64,000 nt of DNA from Paraspadella gotoi (Eukaryota > Animalia > Chaetognatha), in the NCBI GenBank assembly GCA_051294375.1, contig CM119269.1:12990790-13054789 (forward strand), read 5' to 3'. The position numbers and the translations under genes are program-made. The first letter of the stretch is position 1. Each line of letters opens with the position of its first letter. This document shows positions 21,920-35,185 of the stretch, piece by piece. Below the pieces are notes generated by a model. It was not told where the DNA came from, searched no databases, and worked only from the letters and a program-made list of their open reading frames with translations.

Positions 21920-24900
21920 ATGAGTGGCGTTGGCCTGGCGGTAATCACTGCCGCCCTAACCCCAACTTTGCCTGGTCGTCTTCGGCCTTTTTTCAACGCA
22001 GTCGCCGTCGAATGCTCCGCCCTCTATCTTCACTTGACACCGGCGGTCGGCAGCGCCGCCTACGTTGACGCCCCTTTGGCACCGGGATTCCGGTTGGCGA
22101 CGCTTCCGGTGGACGATTTAGCACGTCGCGTCATCGGAGGAATTTACGGAGACGCTATTCGGGTGGCGCCTATGGTTGACGTCAGGTGACATGAGGCATA
22201 AGTCTCTGATCGCACCCATCAACTCTTCATATCTTATTCTCCCAACAGAATCATACTATCGAACTTCGGCAAAGATCCTCTCTGGCGTCCCGCCCCTCAT
22301 CGCCTGTCTCGCCGATTGACCCACATATTCACAGATCATGACGACTCGTCGCTCGTCGCCACTTACGTCCATGGCTACTTTTCTAGTCTCCACTCCGATA
22401 AGGACCACCTTCATGTCAGGGATTTGGTCATAGATCCAGACAAGACGACGTCGCAGGCTCCCGCGAACCCCGTTCCAACTTTTGATCACGTCGTTCTTGG
22501 CGGAACTTTTGATCGACTTCACGCTGGACATAAAATGCTATTAAGTACATCTGCACTCGTCGCGAATAAGGTCGGAATAATCGATGTAATATTGTTTCGA
22601 TTTCGAGTGACTTACGAGGTTATGAATGACTTACCTTATATAATATTCGCGTTTATCTATTACATTTTTTCTTATGTATTCCGGCAGAGCGTCACAGTTG
22701 GAGTAACAGATGGAGAGATGAACCGAAAGAAAACGCTTTCCGAACTCCTCGAACCCACGAAACATCGGGTGGAGACGATTCGCGATTTCTTGCTCGAGTC
22801 GAAACCAAATTTGGAGGTGATAGCCGTTCCCATCCTCGACGCCTTCGGTCCTTCAATCGTCGACGAGCGACTTCAAGGAATCGTCGTTTCTCAGGTTTAC
22901 ATACAGGGGTGGGACCCTATATAGAGACAAGGCTTAACGTCCTGCCCTGTCTGAATGATTTTAGATACAATAATATTATAAGTGGCAAAAGTTTTTTCTG
23001 GCTTTTTACTTCCATATACAATTAAAAAAAATAAATTTTTAAGCAACTACAAGGCGTTGTGAATGTTTTCAAAACATTTAGTCGTTTTTATGCGCGCGCA
23101 TTGCATTGCATACGATAAAAGCCTGATTTTAAGCTTTTCAACACTATCAAAATTTTTTTTCTGGTAAGTAAAACAAAATTTTATGAGGATTACAACAAAT
23201 ATGCTTAAATTGTCAAATACATCATGTATTTCTTACCTTTTTGACGCTTTTATTATGCATTCAGAAAGCTTACATGATTCATTTAATTACCTGACAATAT
23301 TGTTAATAAACTTTTTGATAAAAGTAAGTTTTAATAAAAATTAAACGATAACAGAAACGTACCCAAACCTTACCTGCTTATTTAAAAATTTTTTAAACCA
23401 AAATACCATGTACACTAAGGCGTAGTGAAAGTTACATACGAAAATTATAAAAGTCAATTTTGAACAACATACCATCAGTGAACATTAATTTATAAAAAAA
23501 ATTAATTTTATGTTTTTTAATTTTCGCAGTAGGCTATATTTATATATAGTACTATTCTTATAAAATCAAAAAATTTTAAAATAAGCTTATCTTAATTTTG
23601 ATTGCAGATTTGAATTCCTCGTCAAAAGTTGATAAAAGAAAATATAAATCATTTTTAAAAATTCTTTCATTAAGTGAGTTAAAAATTAAAAAACTATATT
23701 TAATATATAAAAAGTTAATTTTCAGTTTAAAATATAGCTTTTTCTAATTTTTGACCTACTTAATGAAGGAATTTTTCAAAAAGAGTTATATTTCTTTTTA
23801 TCAACTTTTTATGACGAATCCAAATCTTCAAAAAAATCTTTAAAAAAACTGTTTTGAAATTTTAACATTTATTGGTTTAGTACTAGTATAAATATGGCCT
23901 ACTGCGTGAATTGTAAAATTTATTATAAATTTTTTTATTACATAAATGTTTATTAGTATAATGTTGTTCGTTCCTCATTTTTAGAATTTTAATTAAAGTT
24001 AAATTTAGAAATTTTACTACGCCTTAGTGAGGACAGTTATTAAATGTTTTGTTTACGTTTTATCGAAACAAACAAATTTCCTTTATTATGTCTCCTCTCT
24101 CTTTTTTCTTTTAATTATATGTAGCTCTCTCTCTCTCTTTTCCCCAGGCTGATTCATCGATATCGGGGAAATAAACGAGTCTGCAGCTGGCTCTGCAGGG
24201 GCTTTCTTTCTTTTTCTCTCTTTTCTCCTGCTGCTTCTGCTGCTGCCGCCTTTTGATTTATTTCTTTTTTTCTGGCTGCCGCTGCTGATTCGTCCGAAAA
24301 CGATTTGGCTTCTCTCTCTCTCTCTTTCTATCTCTCTTTCTCCCTCTCTCTCTTTCTTTCTTTTTTTTTCTCACTGCTGATCAGTTTATTTGACAATAAA
24401 AAAGTTGTTTTTTTTCAGAAACTTTAATTTTCCTCCGTACTTTATTATTTTTTTGATTTATATATAAAACATAGTTTTCCTTTATAAAATTTGATTTTTT
24501 GAGTGTCAAAGTTTGTCATGAGTTCATATTTTTTTTATACAATTGCGACGATTTTTAACTTTGTCTCGATATAGGGTCCCACCCCTGTAAAATAGGAAAA
24601 TAATTTTATTGACTAATAAAAATGACTTAGAAATTAAGTCGAAATATATGGCAAAAAATTTAAATTTTTTTGTTTCTTATGCACAGTTTCTCCATAGTGA
24701 AAATAAGTATTTAAATAAGAAAATAATACTTTTAAGAAACCCGAATCAAGTAATCTAAACTGCTACAATACGCAAAGTTTGAAAAACACAATCTCATTTG
24801 AAATTAATCACAGGAGACTTCGAGTGGAGGCGACGCCGTAAATTTAAAGCGTAAAGAGGCTGGCCTCTCTATATTAGAAATAGTCACTGTGCCTTTGCTC

Positions 24901-26813
24901 GAGGAGAATGACTTTGAAGATGGCGTCCGTGAGATCACTCATGAGGACAAGATGAGCAGCACCGCCAAGAGGATTGCCGCTCTGGGTAATTTTAAAGCTT
25001 TTATTCTAGCCTCGCTGATATTTATTTCTTAATTATCTATCTTTAGTATGACTTGTCAGTCAGTCTTACGTGTATTTAAAACTCTTATTTACAATACTAT
25101 GAATCTCACCGTTGGCTTTAGGGGCTTCCGACCCTCAGGGGCACCGCCTGCCACTGGCACGGTTACCCTAGGACGGTCCCGCTTTGCCAACGCAGTGGAA
25201 GTCGTTAGGACTCTGGAATATGGATGGAACGTAACACTTGGGATGGTGCGTTCCTTCTCTGAGCATTGGCTGAATGTAGCTTGATGTAAGGCGGTGTGAA
25301 TTTACCACCACAACATATAATTTTTGATTCGTTATATCAATAGGTTTTTAATAACATAATGACCTAATTGAAACTGATAAATTGTAATTTTCTATACTTT
25401 GTACATTGTACAATGTACAGTAAGGCGTAGTGAAAGTTACATACGAAAATTCTAAAAATCAATTATGAATAACATACCATCAGTGAACATTAATTTGTAA
25501 AAAAAATTAATTATATGTTTTTTAATTTTTGCAGTAGGCTATATTTATATATAGTACTATCCTTATAAAATCGAAAAATTTTAAAATAGTCTTATCTTAA
25601 TTTTGATTGCAGATGTGAATTCCTCGTCAAAAGTTAATAAAAGAAAATATAAATCATTTTTAAAAATTCTTTCATTAAGTAGGTTAAAAATTAAAAAAAC
25701 TATATTTAATATATAAAAAAATAATTTTCAGCTTAAAATATAGCTTTTTTTAATTTTTGACCTACTTAATGAAAGAATTTTTCAAAAAGAGTTATATTTC
25801 TTTTTATCAACTTTTTATGACGAATCCAAATCTTCAAAAAAATCTTTAAAAAAACTGTTTTGAAATTTTAACATTTATTGGTTTAGTACTAGTATAAATA
25901 TGGCCTACTGCGTGAATTATAAAATTTATTATAAATTTTTTTATTACATAAATGTTTATTAGTATAATATTGTTCGTTCCTTATTTTTAGAATTTTAATT
26001 AAAGTTAAATTTAGAAATTTTACTACGCCTTAATGTACAGGCACTTTGTTACGATCTCCGAAACGGCGAACTCCGAACAATTTCAAACCGGCCTACGTGA
26101 TCGGGCTGACTGGAGGGATCGCGAGTGGAAAGACGGGAGTTGCTCGAAGACTAGAACGGTTTGGGGCCAAACGGATTGACTGCGACTTATTGGGTCACGC
26201 GGCTTACAAGAAGGTGGTAGGATCGTTTATGGTTTAGCTAAAGAATACTTACAATTTTATGATGGACTTTTTAATTTCTCGCCTATTTTTTCATTTTGAA
26301 TTTTTCATCTACAAACAGGGAACGCGTTGCTTCGATCAAGTTGTATCCCGTTTCGGCGTCGACGTCGTCGACTCCACATCCGGGGAGATCGATCGTCGCG
26401 CGCTAGGCGCCCGCGTCTTCGGCGACGCGTCTCGTCGCGCCGATCTCAACGCCATCGTGTGGCCGGCCATCCGTGAAGCGGTTGAGAAGGAGATTCGATC
26501 GGAAGAAGAACGAGAGAAAACTGGTCGTCGATCGGTGGTCGTCGTCGAGGCGGCCGTCCTTCTCGAGGCCTCGTGGAACGATCTCGTCGACGAGGTCTGG
26601 GTCTGCGTCGTTCCGCCTTCGGAAGCCGTCAAACGTGTCGTCGACCGCAACGGCCTCTCCGAAGCTGACGCCCGTTCGCGCGTCGAGGCGCAACTGTCCA
26701 ACTTGGAACGCGTCGCCTCCGCCAACGTCGTCGTCTGCACGCTATGGGACCCGGCCGTGACGGAGCGTCAATGCGAGAAGGCGTGGAAACTGCTTCTCGA
26801 CCGGATTGACTGA
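21920..26813 (+). CDS. COASY: Bifunctional coenzyme A synthase (PPAT + dephospho-CoA kinase), multi-exon
   Basis: VVLGGTFDRLHAGHK (HxGH), KMSST motif, YVIGLTGGIASGKT P-loop, EAAVLLEA.W. Confidence 0.96.
22904..24587. mobile_element. Non-autonomous Tc1/mariner-like element (1.68 kb) in COASY intron
   Basis: 27-bp TIRs CAGGGGTGGGACCCTATAT(A/C)GAGACAA, flanked by TA at 22902-22903 and 24588-24589; no transposase ORF. Confidence 0.8.
23416..24026 (+). mobile_element. hAT-like MITE nested in the Tc1-like element
   Basis: TIRs TAAGGCGTAGTGAAA / TTTTACTACGCCTTA; near-identical to 25421-26032. Confidence 0.85.
25110..25192 (-). ncRNA. Type-P5 twister ribozyme with P3, family C, antisense in a COASY intron
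   Basis: Minus strand: CGUUGGC(P5) AAA GCGG(P2) GA CCG(T1) UCCUAGGG(P1) UAA CCGU(P2) GCC AGUGGCA-GGCGG-UGCCCCU(P3) G AGGG-UCGGAAGC-CCCU(P4/L4) AAA GCCAACG(P5). Confidence 0.9.
25421..26032 (+). mobile_element. hAT-like MITE with 8-bp TSD ATGTACAG
   Basis: 15-bp TIRs and a perfect 8-bp duplication at 25413-25420 and 26033-26040. Confidence 0.9.
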
Positions 26814-27332
26814 CTCTTGACTTTTTTTGTGGGGCGGGGGGGCTGAGGTGAATTTTCCGACTTGTGCGAATTATATTTTGTTTCCGTTATTGTTACGTTT
26901 TAATATTTAAAAACCTTTATTTAGCGACTGCATTACTAGTCTAATTCTACAAACATTTAGACTTAAGCGAAACTCAGTCGCTCAGACGAAATTTATCGTC
27001 TCTCTCTTCTACATCTTTCTTTCCCTCTCTTTCGCCTTTCCCCGCTCTGTCACCGACGCATCGCGCTTCAAAGCGCACGAAAAAAGCCAAATCGTTGATC
27101 CGGAAAAAGGAACGGAATGGGTTTGGGAAGATTTCGTCGACGACGCTTTTCAAAATTGAAACGATCTTGGGCTTCGTCCCTAGTGACGCCATCCTTCGGC
27201 CCTTGACGCCTTCGCTTCTTACGCAATGCGGCGGCGAGTCGTCGTCGTCGTCGTCTTCTTCGGAGGAGTATAACCGCCCCCCCTCCTCCCCCCTTTGTTT
27301 GATTTGTCCTCGTGTCTTCGTCAAATAACAAA

Positions 27333-30465
<3,133 letters not shown>

Positions 30466-31304
30466 CCAGATACATTGTTAAATGAAATAATGAAAAAAAG
30501 CTGACACTTTCCTAGGTTCGAATTATTATTATTATTATGATATAGTTATTATTATATTATTATTGGTTTTCTTAGCTAAGAGAAAGAATTGTGCATATTA
30601 TTCTTAACATCGCTGTATGTCTTGGTTTTTCTTTCTATCTCGCGATATTTACTGTTCCTTTAATAATCCGCATGCGGTATTCAGATGTTTTTAAAGTCAT
30701 CTAAACAAAGGTGATTCAAGGAACATCTGTCAATGAAAAACAGGCGCTCTCATTAAAACACCCCACCCGTTTTTTTAATCAATAAATCTTTTATTCGTAT
30801 TGCCTTTTCCCGTTGTCTAGTAAGAAATACATTTTCTTTCTGTCTAACGTTTATCGAAAATTGATTCCAGGATTGGAGATTCGAAAGTTACCACCTGTTT
30901 CACACGAAATGACCTGCGTTGAGATACTACAAAAGGAACAATTATGAGGAAAAAAGGGTCATTAGGACCCGTTGATTACATTTTTGTCACTTGTTTCTCA
31001 ATGTTACTCGATAAAGAATAGCAAGATTATGTAATTGGTACCATGTAATTTGAGAAGGCCATGCTTTCTGAAAACTGCATCAACGGGTCGACGGATAGTT
31101 AAGATGGGAGAAAAAACAATTTTAAACATTTTACGGAAATTTACAAGCTTTAAAATAAATTTATTTTGAGATTGGGCAAAATTCTAGATTAATCTAGTTA
31201 ATTTTATCAATCAATCAACCCACTAAGTCCAAGTTAAGAAGAAGATTTAGCTAAATTAATATCTTTATAAAAATTATTTTTATTATTATTATTATTATTA
31301 TTCT

Positions 31305-31505
31305 ATTACCTTAAGGGTTTAATATTATTATTTTACATTTGTAAATGTTCATGTTTATTTGTGGTTCAATTAATAGCTAAATAATTAAATTAGTAAACTA
31401 GCAATTATGATAATTTAATCATTAATTATTTAGCTATTAATTGAACCACAAATAAACATGAACATTTGCTAATGTAAAATAATAATATTAAACCTTTAAG
31501 GTAAT
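31305..31505. repeat. Foldback inverted repeat (~80-bp arms)
   Basis: TTACCTTAAGGGTTTAATATT...TAGCTAAATAATTAA mirrored by TTAATTATTTAGCTA...AATATTAAACCTTTAAGGTAA. Confidence 0.85.
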
Positions 31506-31814
31506 ATAATAAAAATTTATCAAAGCTTAATCAGAATACGACAATATGCAAATGAAATTGAGGAACTCAATCTCATTTCAGACAATTCACAAATTTATCT
31601 GCTACATGTTCCTAATACGATCTTGTTTGAAAATGGATGAATGTTGGATTAGAAAAATCGGAATAATTCTGTTGTCTTCTATTCTCTGATTTGACGACAA
31701 CTGCGACGAACGGATTATATTCAGTATTTCCAGTGTCGACGTCTTGCGCGTTCTTCTCATAAAAAAAAAAACTTTTTCTCGTCTCCATTTCGCCCCCTAC
31801 GTTTTTCACTCAAA

Positions 31815-33752
31815 ATGCCCGAGAATCCCGCTGCTAAAACCCAACGCCTCGACGTCGTCGAGCTTGGTGAGGACCTTCAGAACGCCATCCAATCAATGGA
31901 CGAGATTCAGAACAACCTGGACGAACTGACGGAGAAGGTGAGGTCGCTAGTGGGATACCTACTACCTTTTCTGTCACAGCCTTCCTTAATTCGACCAGAT
32001 TAAAATATAACTATGCATGGTCTTTAACAAGTATGCTTTTGAAATTTTAAGATTTCACCTTTTAATTGGTTAAAATTAATTTTAACATTATCAGAAGTTG
32101 AACAGTCGTATTTTATTATGTTTAAATTTGTGGTATAAGCTGTTCTTTCATACTATGTGCTACAGGCGTCAATGGAAATTCTTGTGGTGGAGCAAAAGTA
32201 CAACAAACTTCGAAATCCCTACTACAAGAAACGCGCGACTATCATCTACAAGATTCCGTCCTTTTGGTCGACTGTTTTTGGCAATCACCCGCAGGTCAGA
32301 ATCGAGCGTGAGATGGGAAAACCAGAACGGCCGAGAGTGAAGACTTTACAGAAAGCTTCATATTAGAAAATCGGTTCCGCGCAAACTACTAGATCAAATT
32401 TTACAAGAAGGTAGACTTTGGCAATACAAATAGAACTATCGAGGGGAATTTTGATATTTAACCCCTGATAGGGGATACAGGGCCCTACGGTTGAACCCCC
32501 AGGGACCGAAAAACGCTCAAAATTGTTTAAACATATTTAGTCCAGTAGTTATTCACTAACAGATTCTCCTTTCGAAAAACGGCGTTTCATTTTCTAACAT
32601 GAAGTTTTCTGTAACCTCTTCCTCAATCTGACCCACAGGTATCCGCCGTGGTCAACGAGAGAGACGAGGAGGCCCTTCGCTTCCTTAAAACTTTGGAGGT
32701 GGAGGAATTCGAGGACATCAAGTCCGGCTACAAAATCTCTCTCGGCTTCGACGAAAATCCCTTCTTCTCCAACAAAGTACTCGTCAAAGAATTTCATCTC
32801 GGCGACGACCAAGAAGATTCCAAGAGCACGGAGATCAAGGTTTTCTCTATTATTATTTACATTTACTGTCTATTATTTATTATCGATTATTTCCTCTTTC
32901 GACAGTGGAAGCCCGGGAAAAGCCTCGTGGCCAAATCCGAAACCAAAGCGGGCATGAAACGCTCCAAGGACGAACTCCAGGGACCCAACTCTTTCTTCCA
33001 ATGGTTTTCCGATTCTCCCGAGGATGGAATTTGCGAAATAGGGGAATCGATCAAGGACGAGATATGGCCCAATCCGTTACAGGTCGGGCGAAGAGATTAA
33101 GGATTTGATGGGGAAGTTAAAAATAGATAAAACAAGAACGGTAATTCAAATGTGTTGCGCCGCAGTGATTGTTTTCTCGTGACATGATATGACATGACTA
33201 CAATAACTTTCTTAGCCCATTTATTTATGACATGCACTGGATCGGAATTGTCTTTTATTCTTTATAGTTTTAGGATTTCCTGAAGGCGACGCGAGCAGTC
33301 CCTTAGATTTGAGGTTTATTCTTGTCCTAACAAATGAGCAACCAATTATATGTAGCAGATTAATCTGTGAATTGTCTGAAATGAGATTGAGTTCCTCAAT
33401 CTCATTTGCATATTGTCGTATTCTGATTAAGCTTTAATAAATTTTTATTCTATTAATTATTAATTATTTATTCTTATTTTATTTTATTAGTTTTGAGCGT
33501 TTTTAACGTAAGTGGGACAGACCGACCGAAAAGTGACCTATAGACTCTATACTATACTCTATAGTATAGAGTTACTCCGCGAGTACTCGCGGCGCAACTG
33601 AAAACTTTTCTTTTTTGATTGGCCAGTTTTTTCTGAACGACATCAACGACTCCATGGATGACGAGGATTTCGAGGACGAAGGCGACGAAGACGAAGACGT
33701 GGGAGACGAAGACGATGGCGACGACGAGCAAGAGGAGGAAGCCGCTAAATAA
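31815..33752 (+). CDS. SET: SET/TAF-I nucleosome assembly protein family histone chaperone
   Basis: [57 protein letters not shown], acidic tail. Confidence 0.95.
33153..33600 (+). mobile_element. HINE-like element, family H2, with inserted hairpin repeat
   Basis: SubTIR GTTGCGCCGC / GCGGCGCAAC with 3' palindrome; matches 3975-4215. Confidence 0.6.
33346..33434 (+). repeat. Dispersed ~90-bp hairpin repeat
   Basis: AAATGAGATTGAG-TTC-CTCAATCTCATTT-GCATATTGTCGTATTCTGATTAAGC; copies at ~16975-17051, 31523-31608 (-), 47136-47215 (-), 56498-56541 and 62405-62431. Confidence 0.85.
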
Positions 33753-34213
33753 GAGGAAGGAGAGGGCGTTGGAGGTTTTTTGCGAGACGCGAGTATGAAA
33801 TGACTCAAGGCGTCGGTCCAAGTGGGTCGGATGACCCGAAAATCGATCCAGTCTCCTCGTTTCCATCTATATTTTCCATTTCATTCATTCTGTCGTTACT
33901 CATTCCTTCTCGTCCCACGAATGACGCCGAACTGGAAAAAAATAACATTTTTTCTTGATTTTCGTTTAAATGTCGCGCTAAAAAATAAAATAGATTTTGC
34001 TCACACAAGTTCCCTTTTTTTTTCTTGTTCTCGTTGATTTTATCAAAATTTCTCGTTTTCAATGTTTCTCCATTTACCTAATCGAAATTTACTTTCGATT
34101 TTACCCTTTGTTAAAACTTCAATTCTCGATCATAAATAGGCCCCAAGTTTCTTCGTTTTTTTTTTCCGAAACGTATAACTTGTAACTTTTTTTTCTAGCT
34201 AGTTGATTCGAGT

Positions 34214-35125
34214 ATGAGCGGCCATGGTCACGATTATTCTCGAAAAGAAAAAACCGATGACGAGGTCGACCCTGTGGAGGAGATGCTTAAAAAAACGGGT
34301 AGGTAACCCGGTCTCGCATCCGATGTCTCTTTACCAAAAAAAAAACACGCTACTTTATATAAGCTTTTAAAAAGCATTTTGTATATTTAAAATTTTAAAA
34401 AAATATAAATTAAAATTTAATAAAATTTTTAGAAAAATTAAACGCTTTCGGAGCAATATTTTTTTAAAATAAAATAAAATAGCAGACAGTTGGTATTATC
34501 AGTAAGCCGATGCACCATTGTAATTCGCGGTTTCTGAATAGAAGAAGCATAGAATAAGCTTCGGTAGGTAGGTTAATAGTCTGGCCAATGTTTGATGAGC
34601 GGTAGTTGACGTTGACAGTTTCAGTGATTCTTCAAGCATTTTAGTCCAACATGTTATGTATAACTGAGTAGTAAGATAGGGTCACTTGGAAATATCAGAA
34701 CGGAATATCAAAGCTTCCAATAGCGATAAAATGTAATCAAGTAAATATAATACAAGAACCAAAGAGCAATAGGAAATAAAATTGTAAAACAAAATGAGGC
34801 ATAAACTATAAGGTATATAATAAAGTAAAAGAACCAAATATAAATGTCGTGAATCATAAACGATCCTAAAGGAGAGAAGTCATGAACGTAACCGTAATAT
34901 CACAGTAAAGTTGCTCATGAGTGTAGTTCTATTTAATCTCAACCTTAATTGTCCATTTTGACTATTTACTATTTAGGGTGTTTGAACGAACACTACGCCG
35001 TCCAGGATTGCATGGGCGAGCTTCGCGACTGGCGCGCTTGTCAGACGCAAGTAACCCAATTTCGCGAGTGCATGTCCAAAGCGAAAAAGCGTGACGACGG
35101 CGCCGCGTCTCAGAGGCGTAAATGA
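34214..35125 (+). CDS. COA4: Cytochrome c oxidase assembly factor 4 (twin CX9C, CHCHD8-like); 2 exons (34214-34298, 34977-35125), not in ORF track
   Basis: Spliced product MSGHGHDYSRKEKTDDEVDPVEEMLKKTGCLNEHYAVQDCMGELRDWRACQTQVTQFRECMSKAKKRDDGAASQRRK. Confidence 0.9.
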
Positions 35126-35185
35126 ATTTTTCTCCGTCATTTGTTTCACTTTGCCACGAATCTAACCGCTTTATAAAAAAAAGCC

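Noticed and set aside
25100-25320. H/ACA snoRNA (U17-like) on the + strand
   Set aside because: No H box after the first domain; the minus strand fits a twister far better.
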